Of a stretch of 64,000 nucleotides of DNA, positions 1 to 14,628 are shown piece by piece. Location: the NCBI RefSeq assembly GCF_018350175.1, contig NC_058369.1, positions 24,554,001 through 24,618,000 on the forward strand, written 5' to 3'. Position numbers and translations under genes: made by a program. Source of the stretch: Felis catus. Its lineage: Eukaryota. The notes beneath the pieces were generated by a model, which made no database searches, had not been told where the DNA came from, and saw nothing but the letters and a program-made list of their open reading frames with translations. Position 1 is the stretch's first letter. Each line of letters opens with the position of its first letter.

Positions 1-59
1 GTGCCAAACCACAGTTCCCACATTCTCACTACCAGGTAAATGCCAGCCTTTCAGCACAA

Positions 60-320
60 AGATAAGAGCTCAGGTTTAGGAATCAAGGAGCTCAGACACA
101 CGTTTAAGTCCTGGCTCTACCATACACTTTTATGTGACCCTAAATAAGTTGCTTAACCTCTCTCTAATCCTCAGGGTCCTCATCTGCAAAATGGAGAAAG
201 CAATTTCACCTATCTCCAAGGGCTGTTGTGAGGACACCTTAATATACTATTTATAAAAGCACTTAGCATAGATTCTCATACAGAGTAAGCACTTACTAAA
301 TGGAACTTATGATTATTATC
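60..320 (+). mobile_element. MIR SINE (representative; further MIRs at ~2520-2720, 19430-19630, 22520-22740, 25360-25560, 27860-28130, 28660-28890, 39890-40080, 42010-42220, 47260-47470, 62370-62490)
   Basis: MIR core tgtgaccctaaataagttgcttaacctctct...cctcatctgcaaaatgg...gggctgttgtgagga. Confidence 0.8.
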
Positions 321-454
321 TGTCTGTGGTTCCTGCGATGCCACCAAAATTGGGATTTAGAAGAGGTAAAGAAAGAAAACACTGCTGGTAAATTAGTCAC
401 CTGTTTTGGAAAAGTAGCATATAAACTAATGGTGAAGACACACCTAACCCCATG

Positions 455-1045
455 CCCCAGTCTTCCACCCTAGGGGAGCACCCAACTGAAGTGCATCCCA
501 GGTACACCAAGAGACAAAAACAAGAAAGCTCACAGGAGTATCATTCATAACAGCCCAAAGCTAGAAACAACTCAAATGTCCATCAATAGTAAAATGGAAA
601 AATAAATGATGAAATGATGGTATATTTATCTAATAGAATACCACGTGGTGCCAAAAATGAAGAAATTATGATTATACTCCAAAACAAGATGACTCTCTCA
701 AATCCACTGCTGAATGAAAGAAGCCAGACACAAAAGAATAAGTAAGACTAGGCAGTATAGTTTTGTATAAAGTTCAAAAACAGGCAAATTAACTCTATTG
801 TTTAAGGATGTATATGTAGGTGGTAAAAGAGTAAAGAAAAGAAGGAAATTACCATGAAGTAAGAGTAATGGTTTGTTTTGGGGAGTCGTGAGGGGGGGGG
901 GCTGTGATTGGGAAGGAGAACATGGGGCTTCTAAGGTTCTGTTTCTTGATCTGGATGATCATTATGTGAGTGTTACATTGATTCATTAAGCTCTATGTTT
1001 AGGTTTTATACAATTCTTACATGTTTTTGATATTGTAAAATAGCT
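455..1045 (+). mobile_element. Old L1M (L1MC/ME-like) 3' fragment
   Basis: Motifs such as cataacagcccaaagctagaaacaactcaaatgtccatcaatagtaaaatgg and gaaagaagccagacacaaaagaata. Confidence 0.8.
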
Positions 1046-4000
1046 GAAAAACTAATCTGCCTGCCCCACCTAATCCATGCCCTCTTTCCAGGAGTGTCAG
1101 AGGACTGGAGAATGTGGTTTATGCAGCTAGCTCTGACTTTCTGAACCCTGTCTGCTTGAGACAAAATCCTAGTGGGGGCTGACAGGCAGGGAGGATGCAA
1201 GAGAGGTGAGCAGGTGAACCCACCACCTAGGACTGTCTTGACAGAACTGTCTACCCTTTCCAGCCCAGTCTCAAGGGATACTCCCAGGGTCAGCTCCTGT
1301 CCTGTATCATGTCACTTCTGAGACATTAAATGAAGAAAACTGAATGAAAGGCTTATAATCAGCACAAGCAAGGAATGAGGGACACAAGGAGAAATGCCAC
1401 ATGAACTATTCATTCAACATATACAAAGTACCAGGCCACAGTCATTGTCCCAGGAATAGGCATATGACTCAAGCAGAGCCAACTGCTTCTCTAAAATTCA
1501 TATAGACATATTGGGGGAAAGAAGCACCTTTTTCCCTGAGGCTGCCAAGCCTCAAGGAAATGAGTTTGGAATAAGTTTGGAGCTTCTGGCAGCCACTTTC
1601 TCCAACTCTGTGGGGACGCCATGTCTGCAAGTAAAAAAATAAGGCTGAAAAAGAGAAGGAGGGCTGAGATCTGGAGAGAGAGAAGGCAAAGTCCTGAGAA
1701 TGAGGCTTCATGCCAAAAGGAGCAGAGGCCAGCAAAAGCCTAGAGGGTTTGGAAGCCTTGAGTCCCCAGTTCCACCACTGGTGCTCTGATTTCTGCAAAA
1801 TAAGCTCAATTCTGCCCTTCCCAGCTATGGTGAGAAAACATGGGTCAGCTTTTGTGCTCAATTCTAATAATACAGAAGTAAGTAATATATACTTCCTCTA
1901 AGGATGTCACAATTTAACTAGGAAAATAGGTGTCAAACAGCACTATGATAGTCATATGGAGGTGGAGGAGCATCTTAACCAGACTGGACGAGAGGGAAGG
2001 GTCAGGGGAGGATTTTGGAGGAATGACCTGTTGGCTGAACCCTACATAATGCTTTGGATTCATCAGGGAAAAGAGAGGAGAAAAGGTGGTCAAGGCAATG
2101 GGAAAGGGGCGGAGGATGCAACTTGAGCAAAGGTGGGGAGTAAGAAAAGGAATTTGGGGGGATGCTAAGAGTACTCCAGTATTCCTGGAGTGAAGTGAGG
2201 TTGGCAGGAGAAGCCAGAAAGGTGGGTCATAAAAGAGCTTAGAGCCACATAAAGGAGTCTGGACTTAGTCATGAAGGGTCACAAAGGGAGCCTCTGAAAA
2301 GCTTCAATCAAGGTAAAACAGAGTCCAAATTTCCTTTAGAAAGAGCAAGATGTCTCCTAAGGACACTGACAGCAGGAAGATATCCCACCTTTCTCCCCAC
2401 CTTCCTTCTTCCCTCCCTCTCTCCCTCTCTCCTCCCCAATGGCCTGAATGTCTAAAATTCCCATCAGCCTAAACACATTCATTTCTTACAACTTTCACCC
2501 TATTATGTAAGCAATAAGGACAGCATCAGTTAATGACAAGAGCAGCAGACCAGCTGTTCAGAGAGCTTGGTTCTAACTCCTAGGCCCTGTGAGCTAGAGC
2601 AAGCCACCCATGCCTTTGGCCCCATCTTCTCCAGGGCAAAATGAGGAGTAATGAGATCATGTATACACACTTCACACAGCTCTTGTGAGAAGTGTGTTAA
2701 AGTGAGTCAAAAATCACATGCCCAGCATCTTTGAATCTGCCAAAGAACTTTAGTAAAAGTAGCATCCTGATGCAGAATAGCATTACATGGCACACTTTGT
2801 TTTCTTATTAGTGAAAATTATACTAATCCTATCATTTGGTAAATATGTACAAACATGGAATCTAAATTTTATTTAAGTAAATTAACAAAGACTTCTCAGA
2901 CCTATAAATGTCCAATATTATATCTGCAGTAATCTGTTTTGACTTTATTATTTTCTCTCTAAAAGACAGCATTAAATACTACCACTGAGAAAATTTACAT
3001 TGATAGATACCTAATACTTAGCTGAAATGAAAAAAAAAAGAAAAGATGTTAAAATATGCTTAAAGAACAAGCCTTAATAAAAGAATACAGATAACCAGAC
3101 AAAGTTCTCCACAGGTAATAAAGCACTGGTACCTCAGCAGGGTATCAAAATCCCTCAGGAAAAACCAAATGTTTCCTGAAATTAGGTAGCAATTTTGCCT
3201 CTAAGATGAAACTGCACAAACCTAGTGGTATAATCATTGAGACTTTGGGTTTTTTTTAATCTAACTAATTTCCAGAGCATATTTTTCAAGCATTATTAAT
3301 TGCCTAGGGGCAAGTTTTCTTTTAATGGCATGCACAATAGTCTGACAATTGCCCACAAGGTGGCACCAAATTCATGTCCAGAAGACAACCAAGGGAATTT
3401 TTTTTTTAATTGTAAAGCAGATGTTCAAATACTCAACAGTTCCTTTATAGCTTATGCTCAAACAATGAGCCAGATTTATAGGTATTAGCTTCTCCTTATT
3501 CCTACATGATACAAAAGTTAAAAGTATTGTTGCCTGTAAGAAAAATTTTTAAGTAGACAGACCTTTTCTCAAGATAGACCTGTTCTACTTCTGTGCAGTT
3601 TTCACCAGAATAAAAAGTATGTAAGTCCAAAAATAAATGTCCGACTTCTCAGTGGGGAAAAATCCTGAAGCTAATTTAATACACGGAATGATACCCAGAA
3701 GTTGATCATTCTTCCCTTTGTTTTACATTTTATTTGACTGAGCTTAGATGAGCCAGCGTAAATCTTTAAAGAGCTGAATGTTATTTAAGAATTGAAACAG
3801 ATTTGCAATTAATACTTAATGTAACAGGTCATGGTTATTTTAAAAAGATGAGATCTATTATTGGAGACCTTCTCCTTTCTACTCACTCCATCCTCTTCCA
3901 TTTTACAAAGGCTATTCTAAGGTGAACTGGTCCAGGCTGGCATGAGCTCTGGGAACCCATAATGAAAGTCTTTCTGGGAAGAGACACAATGCATCACTAT

Positions 4001-7000
4001 TGCGTTAAGGGATATTTCTGCCAATTAAAAACAGGGCGCTCTGGGCCTAAGCCCCTGGGAGCCAAGCCTTCCATTTTGAAAAAGCAGAGGTTGTGCACAA
4101 TGATAGATAAACCTCAAAGGGCCCAGCTTCCTGTTAGCATGAGAAGAGAAAGCTAACCTGTTAGGATAAGTTTATTTGTTCCCATTTGCAACATCCACCA
4201 CAGGTAAGAGTGCTTATTTATGAAGGGCTTGTATCATGAGGTCATCTACCTTTTAGAAGAAAAAGCTGAAAGAAAATAACAAGGTAGATGAATTCCATTG
4301 TAAGACCACCTAGCTACCTATCACCAAATACCATCCCACTAGGGCATGCCTAAGAAGGTTCTCTAATCCTATTAGCAATCCTGAATCATTTGTTTAGCCC
4401 CAGAACATTGCTGCACCAAGGAAACATCCTTAATTGCAACCCTTTGGCTTCTAATTATTTGTGATCCCTGAAATCACAAGGTAAACTTCCTGGTCACTTA
4501 TTTCTATTTCCTAAGCAAGACATCACACACCCATAGACCACATACACACAAGTGGTTTGAGATCTCAGGCACAAGGCCTTCTGGGAGGCTTGTGAAGGTG
4601 CTTTCTATAGCTCATGTTGCCCACTTAGGCCGACATTCCCAAAGGCTGGCTGAAGAGGCAGAGAGGCAAAGGGGAGCAAGGGTATGGTGGCATTAACAAT
4701 GATCATAATGCTGCTCATTTGTCACTGCATTCTAAAAACCTACAGTCTCCACCCTGCTGCCCTGCCTCTCCTTTCACATGAGGAACACAGAACTCCAGCT
4801 TCTCAAAGATGCAACTCTCTTCCAAACAGTCTGAGCTCAACCTGGCAGACATTTTAGCTCAAATGTTCCAGACCGCTTTAAAAATGCTGCGCAAAGACTT
4901 TCTTGCCCTGATTTTTAAGCCAACAATACTACTATTGACATCACAAAATTTAGAAGAAATTCACACAATAAAATACTATAACCATAAAAGCATGTTTCGC
5001 TTCTCTTAATTCACTAAGCAATGCAAGAACTGTAAGACTTTAACAGGGAAGTGGCATAATGAAGCTTCAATGTTGGAATCCATAATAATAATAATAAATA
5101 TTCCTAGTGATGCAGCTTTTGATTGAAATAGGTAGGAAATTACCATTAATTACACATTTTCCATGTACCAGCTACTGTGCTAATAAGGATGTGTCAATTA
5201 CCATTTAAAAATGATTTCATAACTGCAAACTTCCAAAGGACTCATGGCAAATCCTTGAGTGTTCCCCTCTGTTGCATTCAACACACATTAACCATGAGGC
5301 TGCATCATGCACCATGAGGGACATGGAGATGAAGCATTCTGGTCTCTGCTCTCAGAGGACTCACACTCCAGTAGGGGAGGATAATTACCACAAGGCACCT
5401 GCGAGGTATGTGTCAGGTACTGCTAAGGAGGGAGTGATTATTCATCCATGTATCTAGACTTCATCTTTATTAGAACAATCCTTAATTGAAGAAAGAGGGA
5501 TAAAATGGAAGTGCAAAATTGAATAGACTGGAGTAGAGAGAGAAGTCATTAAGAATCTAAAGAAATGATCATCTATGGGATGAGGAAATGACCTCTGATG
5601 ATCCTTTTAGCTCACAGAGGTAAAATAAATTCTCCAAGGAAGGGGGAGTTCACTCTGATGAAGTTTAAGCCCCTTGGCCTATCTCTGCCTGATCTTCCCT
5701 TTGCCCCCACTCAGGCCCTGGGGTTGCCCACTTCCCTTCCTTTTGAACTTTACCAAAGCTAAGCACTTGCCAGGCCATACAGGCTTTCTTGCCTTCATGC
5801 CACATGCTCCTTCTCCACCAGGTTTATCCCGATCTGTCCTTAAGGTACCATCTCCTTTGGGCAGCCTTCCAAGATCACACACACACATACACACACACCA
5901 CAGCCAACATTTCCCCACTAGACTACACAAGTCATGAGAGCAGGGACTTTGTCCTACTAATCACTTTGTCTCTAATGCCTGCTACATAATCAGTACGTAA
6001 TAATTGTTCAAATTACAGAATTTTAATGTTTAGATAATTTTCTCTACCAAAAGACTGTAAGCTCATACAGGACCAAAAGTGTCTGACTTCCTAAAAGTGA
6101 CTTACTAAAAGAAATGTTCACTGAATAAACAGCAAACATTAGGCCACAAAAAAGAGTTGTCTAAATTGTTGTTCCTTATTGTAAAGTTGGGTTTTTTAAT
6201 CATAAATTTCCTTCCCTCACAAAGTCTTATCGTCATTAGCTTTACAAATTCTGTTTGTATTCAAAAGCCACAATATCATGCCAGACTGAAGAATGCAATA
6301 ACAACAAAGAAAGGATTACTTATTTCAATAATCCTATCTGTTGAAATTTAACATTTTTTTTCCCCCTGAGAATACACTGCATGATCCCTGGCTCCTAACC
6401 CAGCTATGCCTGTGTTACTAGGACTTATCAGAGCAAACAGGCAGAGAGAGGCAGATGGGTATTTCAAATACCACATAAAATAAAATACCCTTTCACATTT
6501 GTAAAATAAATATAATTTCATTGCTCATATATCCTGGATAAAGTGGCAAGACAAACAGCAAAGAAAACAAATGTAAGAAAAGGACGCAAGGCCTCTCAGA
6601 ATGCCTAATAACCTAGGTTGAACTCACCATTTGAGCCTTCAAGCCCTGGAACACAACCAGGCCTCCACTGCCCAGGGAAGAGCCCTTCCTTCCTGCTCCT
6701 CCTCTTCTTTTCCACCCTCCCTGATTAGTACACTGAGGGAGCCTGACAGCAACACCCCTTCATATGGTCTGTTGAGCACAAAGCTCACAATTACTGTAAC
6801 CAATAACCAAGTGCCCTAATGTCTGCCTCCAAGAAATGCCTGCACCATCACTCAGAATGAAGAGCCCAAAGCTGCTCCCTACCCCGCCCCCTTCGCACCA
6901 AAATCTCAAGAAGTAACAAAGAAAAGAGAACCATTCTTTAATAATAAAAGGTGGGCCCTGACACCAAAATATGGTGTATTTACTTTGAAAATGAGGTTGA

Positions 7001-8589
7001 GTTGTTCTCTCAGTAGCTTTTTTCTGTTATAAAGCCACCCCACCACACCATTAACCCGAAGCAACTAAGAAATCAGAATTGAAGCATTTTCACTAATGGC
7101 ACATCCGTTGATTCCATCATGTCCTGGTGACAGCAGATCTTTCACTCAACAATGATTGACTGCCTACTATGTGCCAAAGGTCATTACCCTGTAACTTCTA
7201 TTCATCTGTTAGATAATATTTCAGGGACAGAGCCCTGTATTCCCAGTTCTAATCACAGTAACTGTCACTCAAGAAGTGAAGAGATGTACAACAAACCTTT
7301 GTTGGATGTACTGATGAAACCCTTGTGGGATGTGTTAATGAAAAGCAAACATACCAGTTCCCAATGCGCATGTTCATTCTCATCAAGGCCACTTATAGCA
7401 CCAAGCCACGTTTTGAGGATCCAGTTTACATTCTCTGAAAACAATTAAATCTGAGTACAGGTTTGCCTTTAATGCACTTTATTCAATCATTCATTCAGCA
7501 GCATTTATTGAACATCTACTTTATGTCAATCCCTGAAGACATGAACACTAAGAAAGAAAGACACAGCCCAGCTCTCATGGAGTTTACAATCTAGTTTTCA
7601 CTAAGCCAAATGGTACCCAAAGAAGTTGCAGGGGCTGTGAAGGTATAACACAGGTGTGCTGGTTCCACTGAGGCAGGGAAATGAAAACAACTAGTCTATG
7701 GAAACTATCATTTGTAGGGTAAAAGAGAAAATGACACTGGGGTAGTGTAGAGGTGAGGCAAGGTTGTCTAAAAGTAATGAGACATTTACACAAAGAGGAA
7801 GATTGCACAATCACACTTGGGAACACTATGAGATAGTTGAACACACACAGGACATTCATCTGTAAGCATATATCATGGAACATAGAGGGTTTATTAGGTG
7901 TATGAGGCCCTGAATGGCCTCTGAGAATCTGAGAATTCGGCAACACTCACTTCCCACCCTACCTATTGCCTATGCCAGGCCAAGAGGAGGAAGAAAGTCA
8001 TCTCACACAGCTCTCAAAGCCTCATTCTCTCTATTATTTGGAGACCTGCCCCTCACCCCACAGAGGCCAAAATCACCCAAAGGGACATCATCCCGGAGAA
8101 GGAATCACTGAGCCATAGGATATGATTTTTTTTAGGGTTTTGATACATTCTGTCCATTTCATTTTGGCTTCTTATATTACTAAAAATCTCTATAAAACAG
8201 AATTCAGTAAAACACTTGGAATAAAAAAAATTACTATGTATATTAAAAGAGCTGCCCTTTCTGAATTTGCTAACATATTTTTAGAGACTAAACTGTGGTC
8301 TCCATGGTTGTGTCACTCATTTTTAAACTCCTACCTGCTAACTGGAACATTTTAAAAACTGATCTTGGCCAATTACATGTGATTATCAAAATAATATCCC
8401 TCATCCTTTTATAAGACAATGACAATAAAAAATAACTTTTCACTGACACTGACTGAAAAGTACTTTAATCACCTAAGTCTTGGCTAAAATACAAGGTCTT
8501 TGATGTGATACATACTATCCTCCCCTCAAAAAGAATAACAATCATAATATTAGTAAATTTTGTTATTGAACTTAAATAGTTCGCTTTTT

Positions 8590-9850
8590 GTATTTCTTTT
8601 TATTTGAGTACAGGTGATGCACAATGCCACATTAGTTTCAGGTGTACAACACAGTGATTCAACAAGTTTGTACATTATGTTATGTTCATCACAAGGGTAG
8701 CTACTATCTATCCCCATACATCACTATTACAATATCATTGACTATATTCCTTATGTTGTGCCTTTTATTCCCATGATTTACTCATTCCATACCTGCATCA
8801 TCTCCCAATACCCTTCACCCATTTTTCCCAACCTGCATCCCTTATGGCAACCATCAATTTGTTCTCTGTATTTATAGGTTTGAGTCTGCTTTTTGTGTAT
8901 TCATGTTATTTTTAGATTCCACATATAAGTGAAATCGTATGTCATTTGTCTTTCTTGGTCTGACTTATTTCACTTAGCATAATACTCAGTAGTTGTCTCT
9001 CTGTTGTTTCAAATGGCACGATCTCATCATTTTGATGGCTGTATAGTATTCCATTGTGTGTACATGCATATGTGTGTGTATACAACACATCTTCTTTATC
9101 CTCTATTGATGGACTCTTAGGTTGCTTCCACACCTTGGCTATTGTAGATAATGCTGCAATAAACATAGGGGTGCATATATCTTTTCAAATTAGTGTTTTC
9201 ATTTTCTTTAGGTGAACACCCATTAGAATTATTGAATCATCTAGTATTTCTATTTGTAGTTTTTTTTTATTTTTTTAAATTTTTTTAATGTTTGTTTCCT
9301 CTTTGAGAGAGAGGGGGAGAGACAGACAGAGAGAGAGAGAGAGAATGAGCAGGGGAGGGGCATAGAGAGGGAGACACAGAATGTGAAGCAGGCTCCAGGC
9401 TCTGAGCTGTCAGCACAGAGCCTGACGCGGGACTTGAACTCACAAACCGCGAGACCATGACCTGAGCCGAAGTCCAACGCTTAACCAACTGAGCCACCCA
9501 GGCGCCCTCTATTTTTAACTTTTTGAAGAACATCCATACTGTTTCCACAGTGGCTGTACCAATTTATAGTCCCACCAACAGTATATAAGGGTTCTTTTTC
9601 TCCAAATTCTCACCAACACTTGTTATTTTTTGTCTTTTTTATTTTTTATTTCAGCCATTCTAACAGGTATAAGGTGATATCTCATTGTGGTTTTGATTTG
9701 TATTTCCCTGATTATTAGTGATGTTGAACATCTTTTCATGTATCTGTTGACCTACTGTATGTCTTTTTTGGAAAATGTCTACTCAGGCCCTCTGCCCATT
9801 TTTTAATCAAATTGTTTGGGGTTTTTTGGTGTTGAATTGTATAAGGTATG
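8590..9850 (-). mobile_element. L1 3' fragment (antisense), interrupted by a CanSINE
   Basis: Minus ORF MFIAALSTIAKVWKQPK is the L1 ORF2 C-terminus. L1 3' UTR motifs follow. Confidence 0.9.
9262..9507 (-). mobile_element. CanSINE (SINEC_Fc-type)
   Basis: Reverse of gggcgcctgggtggctcagttggttaagcg..., with (CT)n and A-tail. Lies inside L1. Confidence 0.95.
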
Positions 9851-9894
9851 TGTGTCTTATCTTTATAAAAATATTTATTCCTTATTTTGAAGTA

Positions 9895-10699
9895 ACAGTC
9901 AATGATTTATTCAATGATTACAATCACCTACATGCTAGACATTCTGCTAATTACTTGGGGCAAAAAGCAAAAAAAGAATTCAGAAACTGCCCTCCAGAAG
10001 ATGACAATCTAGTAAGAGATTCAGGCATGCAAGCAATTGTATCTAATATGTATAAAGAAGTTTGTACACGGAACAAAAAGAACATTAAAAAAGGAACATC
10101 TAGGTACATTTGGGAAATTTAGAAATGACTTCATAGAGGAGGTAACTTTTGAGGTAAAACTTGAGAGACTGACGGGCAGGAAGAAACAGAGGGAACTAGG
10201 CAGAGGACACTAAAGGTAGTTTAGTAAGGACAGCACACACAGAGACATATTGGGAGCTAGGCAAATCATGGAGAGGCTTGCCCACCATACTGAGGAGTTT
10301 GACTTGCTCTCAGGTATAGAATAAAACTAATTCATGAGAAATGAAGGGACAACATCCAATACAGGATTCCTATAGGAGATGGGGGGTACACTGGGAGAAG
10401 ATAATAAAAAGAGCAAGTAGCTAAAAAAAAATAGTAGTCCAGGAGAGAGGACATACATTCCGAAATAAGGCAATAGTGGTGGGAATCAAATAAGATGTAT
10501 AATACACATGGAATTAAGGAAATAGAAGCTAAGGGATCTGATAATAGGCTGGATATTAAAAGCAAGAGAAGATAGAAAAGAAAAAGATAAATCTCAGGTT
10601 TCTGGCATGCAAACTTACAGTTGTACCATCCTATGACAAAAAATAAATAAATAAAGAGTGGCAGACATGGAGAGGAAGATAGTAAGTTGTGATTGGACA
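9895..10699. mobile_element. L2 remnant, continuing at ~15060-15170 beyond the MaLR/L1 insertions (other L2 pieces at ~1860-2350, 5730-6020, 20420-21480, 28930-29480, 48810-49230, 57430-57850)
   Basis: L2 3'-type motifs (atttattcaatgatt..., gacttcatagaggaggtaacttttgag, gtaagttgtgattggaca|tgttaagtctgaagtacctg). Confidence 0.65.
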
Positions 10700-11010
10700 T
10701 GTATTGGTTGACCTAGATTAGGATAAACTATGGTAACAGCTAATCCCCAAATCTCAGTGATTTAAACAACAAAGACTGAATTCTCACTCATGCTATGTAT
10801 CTACAAGCCTTCTCCTTTGGGGCCCAGACTGATGGGAGGCCCTACCATCTAAAACACTGCTGCAAAAGCAGGAGAAGAGAGTGCTAAAGATTCACACCTT
10901 AACAATTACATTTTGACCCAGAAGTATCACACATCACTTCTGCTCACAATATTGGCCAAAAATAGACATAAGATTGTGTCTAACTTCACGGAGGCAAAGA
11001 GGTTGCAATC
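10700..11010 (-). mobile_element. MaLR LTR (MLT1J/K-like) fragment, host of the long L1
   Basis: ccccaaatctcagtgatttaaacaacaaag...ttctcactcatgc...gacccagaagtatcacacatcacttctgctcacaatattggccaaaa. Confidence 0.7.
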
Positions 11011-11069
11011 TTTTTAGAAACAGCTCTAAGTGCTGAGTGGTCGGCAGATGGACTTAATAGATATATTCA

Positions 11070-11280
11070 GGGGCGCCTGGGTGGCGCAGTCGGTTAAGCG
11101 TCCGACTTCAGCCAGGTCACGATCTCGCGGTCCGTGAGTTCGAGCCCCGCGTCAGGCTCTGGGCTGATGGCTCAGAGCCTGGAGCCTGCTTCCGATTCTG
11201 TGTCTCCCTCTCTCTCTGCCCCTCCCCCGTTCATGCTCTGTCTCTCTCTGTCCCAAAAATAAATAAACATTGAAAAAAAA
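11070..11280 (+). mobile_element. Young CanSINE (SINEC_Fc-type) with TSD aatagatatattcag
   Basis: Full length and CpG-rich. TSD at 11056-11070 and 11281-11295. Confidence 0.97.
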
Positions 11281-12344
11281 AATAGATATATTCAGAACAT
11301 TCCATCATAAAACAGCAGAATACACATTCTTTCCAAGTGCACATGGAACATTCTCCAGAACAGATCACATATTAGGTTACAAAACAGAACTCAACAAATA
11401 CAAAAAAGATTGAAATCATACCATACACCTTTTCTGACCACAATGCTATGAAACTAGATGTCAGCCACAAAGAAAAATTAGGAAAGACCACAAATAAATG
11501 GAGGGAAAACAACATGCTACTAAACAGTGAATGGGTCAACCAGGAAATCAAGGAAAAAAATTAAAAATACATGGAAATAAATGAATATGAAAACACAACA
11601 GTCCAAAACCTTTGGACTACAGCAAAAACAGTCCTAGAGGGAAGTCCCAACCTGGAGGGAAGTTTCTAAGAATATAGGTCTACCTCAAGAAGCAAGAAAA
11701 ATCTCAAATAAACAACCTATCCTTATACCTAAAGGAGCCAGAAAAAGAACAACAAACATAGCCTAAAGGCAGCAGAAGTAAGGAAATAATAAAGACCAGA
11801 ACAGAAATAAATGATATAGAAAACTAAAAAACAATAGAACAGATCAATGAAACCAAGAGCTGGTTCTTTGAAAAAATTAATAAAATTGATAAACCTCTAG
11901 CCAGACTTATCAAAATAAAAGTGACCCAAGTAAATAAAATCACAAATACAAGAGAAGAAATAACAACAAACACCACATAAATACAAACACTTATAATAGA
12001 ATTATTGTGAAAAACCCTAAGCCAACAAATTGGACAACCTGGCACAAATGGATAAATTCATAGAAACATAGGACCTACCAAAATTGAAACAGGAAGAAAT
12101 AGAAAACTCGAACAGACTAATAACCAGCAAAGAAATTGAATCAGGAATCAAAAAACTCCCAATAAACAAAAGTCCAGGGCCAGATGACTTCACAGGTGAA
12201 TTCTACCAAACATTTAAATTCTACCAAACATATCTATTCTTCTCAAACTACTCCAAAAAAATATAAAAGGAAGGAAAAAATTCCAAGTTAATTCTATGAA
12301 ACCAGCATTACCCTGATACTAAAACCAGATAAAGACTCCACCAA

Positions 12345-12575
12345 GGGGTGCCTGGGTGGCTCAGTCAGTTGGGCGTCCAACTTCAGCTCAGGTCATGATC
12401 TCGTGGTCTGTGAGTTTGAGCCCCTCATTGGGCTCTGTGCTGACAGCTCAGAGCCTGGAGCCTGTTTCGGATTCTGTGTCTCCCTCTCTCTCTGACCTTC
12501 CCCTGTTCATGCTCTGTCTCTCTCTGTCTTAAAAATGAATAAACGTTAAAAAAAAAATTTTTAACAACAAAAAAA
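12345..12575 (+). mobile_element. CanSINE with TSD aaagactccaccaa
   Basis: TSD at 12331-12344 and 12576-12589. Lies inside L1 ORF2. Confidence 0.96.
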
Positions 12576-14573
12576 AAAGACTCCACCAAAAAACAGAACT
12601 ACAGGCGAATATCCCTGGTGAACATGGATGCAAAAATTCTCAATAAAATACTAGCAAAACATTTAAAAAATAATTCACAATGCTCAAGTGGGATTTATTA
12701 CTGAGTTTCAAGGGTGGGTTTAATATTTGGAAATCAATCAATGGGATATACTACACTGATAAAAGAAAGGATAACAACCATATGATCATTTCAATAGATG
12801 CAGAAAAAGCACTTGACAAAGTACAGCATCTGTTCATGTTAAACCCTCAACAAGGTAGGTTTAGAGGGAACACACCTCAAAATCCTAAAGGTCATTTTTG
12901 CAAAACCTACAATTGATGTCATCTTCAATGGGGAAAAACTGAAAGCCTTTCCTCTACAGTCAGAATCAAGACAGAGAAGTCTACTCTCACCACTGTTATT
13001 TAACATAGTACTGGAAGTCTTAGCCACAGCAATCAGACAACAAAAAGAAATAAAAAGCATCCAAACTGGCAAAGAAGTAAAAAACTTTCACTCTTTGCAG
13101 ATGACATGCTATATAGAAAACCCTAAAGACTCCACCAAAAAAATGCTAGAACTGCTAAACAAATTCAGTAAAGTCACAGAATACAAAATCAACATAGAGA
13201 AATCAGCTTCATTTGATGAAGCAGCAGAAAGAGAAATTAAGCAATCAATCCCATTTATAATTGCATCAAAAATAATAAGATACCTAGGAATAAATTTAAC
13301 CAAAGAGGTGAAAGAACTGTACCTGAAAACTATAAAACACTGATGGAAGAAACTGAAGATGACACAAAGAAATGGAAAGACATTCCATGCTCATAGACTG
13401 GAAGAACAAATATTTTTAAAATATCAATACTACCCAACACAATCTACATATTTAAGGCAATTCCTTTGAAAATGCCAACAGTATTTTTCACAGAGCTAGA
13501 ACAAACAATCCTAAAACTTGTATGCAACCACAAAGACCCTGAATAGCCAAGGCAACCTTGAAAAAGAAGAGCAAAGCTGCAAGTATCACAATTCCAGAGT
13601 TAAAGTTATATCACAAGCTGTAGTGATCAAAACAGTATGTTACTGGCACAAAAATAAACACATAGATCAATGGAACAGAATGGAAAACCCAGAAATGAAC
13701 CCACAACTATATGGTCACTTAATCTTCAACAAAGCAGGAAAGAATATCCAGTGGGAAAAAGACAATGGGAAAAGTCTCTTCAACAAATGGTATTAGGAAA
13801 ACTGGACAGCAACATGCAGAAGAATGAAACTAGACCACTTTCTTACACTATACACAAAAATAAATTCAAAATGGATTAAAGACCAAAATGTGAGACCTTA
13901 AACTATAAAAATCTTGGAAGAGAACACAGATAGTAACCTCTTTGACAGTGGCTGTAGCAACTTCTTTCTAGATATGTCTCCTGAGGCAAGGTAAACAAAA
14001 GCAAAAATAAACTATTGGGACTTCGTGAAAATAAAAAGCTTCTGCACAGCAGAAGAAACAGCCAACAAAACTAAAAGGCAATCTATGGAATGGGAGAAGA
14101 TATTTGCCAATGTCGTATCTGATAAAAGGTTAGTACCCAAAATATATAAAGAACTTACAAAACTCAATGCCCAAAAAATGAATAATCCAATTAAAAAATG
14201 GGCAGAAGACATGAACAGACATTTTTCCAAAGAAGACATCCAGATGGCAGACACGTGAAAAGATGCTCAACATCACTCATCATCAGAGAAATACAAATCA
14301 AAACTACTACCTCACACCCATCAAAATGGCTAATACCAACAACACAAGAAACAACAGGTGTTGGCAAGGATATGGACAAAAGGGAACCCTCTTGCACTAT
14401 CAGTGGGAATGTAAACTGGTACAGCCAATGTGGGAAACATTATGGAGTTTCCTCAAAAATATAAAAATAGAACTACCTACAATCCAGCAATTGCACTACT
14501 AGGTATTTATCCAAAGAATACAAAAATATTAATAAAGGGATAAATGCACCCTGTGTTTATAGCAGCATTATCT

Positions 14574-14594
14574 ACACACACACACGCGCGTGTG

Positions 14595-14628
<34 letters not shown>
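14574..14628. repeat. Compound (CA)n/(CG)n alternating purine-pyrimidine tract
   Basis: acacacacacacgcgcgtgtgcacgcgcgcacacaca... inside the L1 3' region. Confidence 0.9.

Noticed and set aside
4170..4210. + strand cag|gtaagag as a recursive splice site
   Set aside because: Weak pyrimidine tract, and on the strand opposite the inferred host transcript.
12084..14502. L1 ORF2 peptides as a functional CDS
   Set aside because: Fragmented by stops, frameshifts and SINE insertions; the element is 5'-truncated and non-autonomous.
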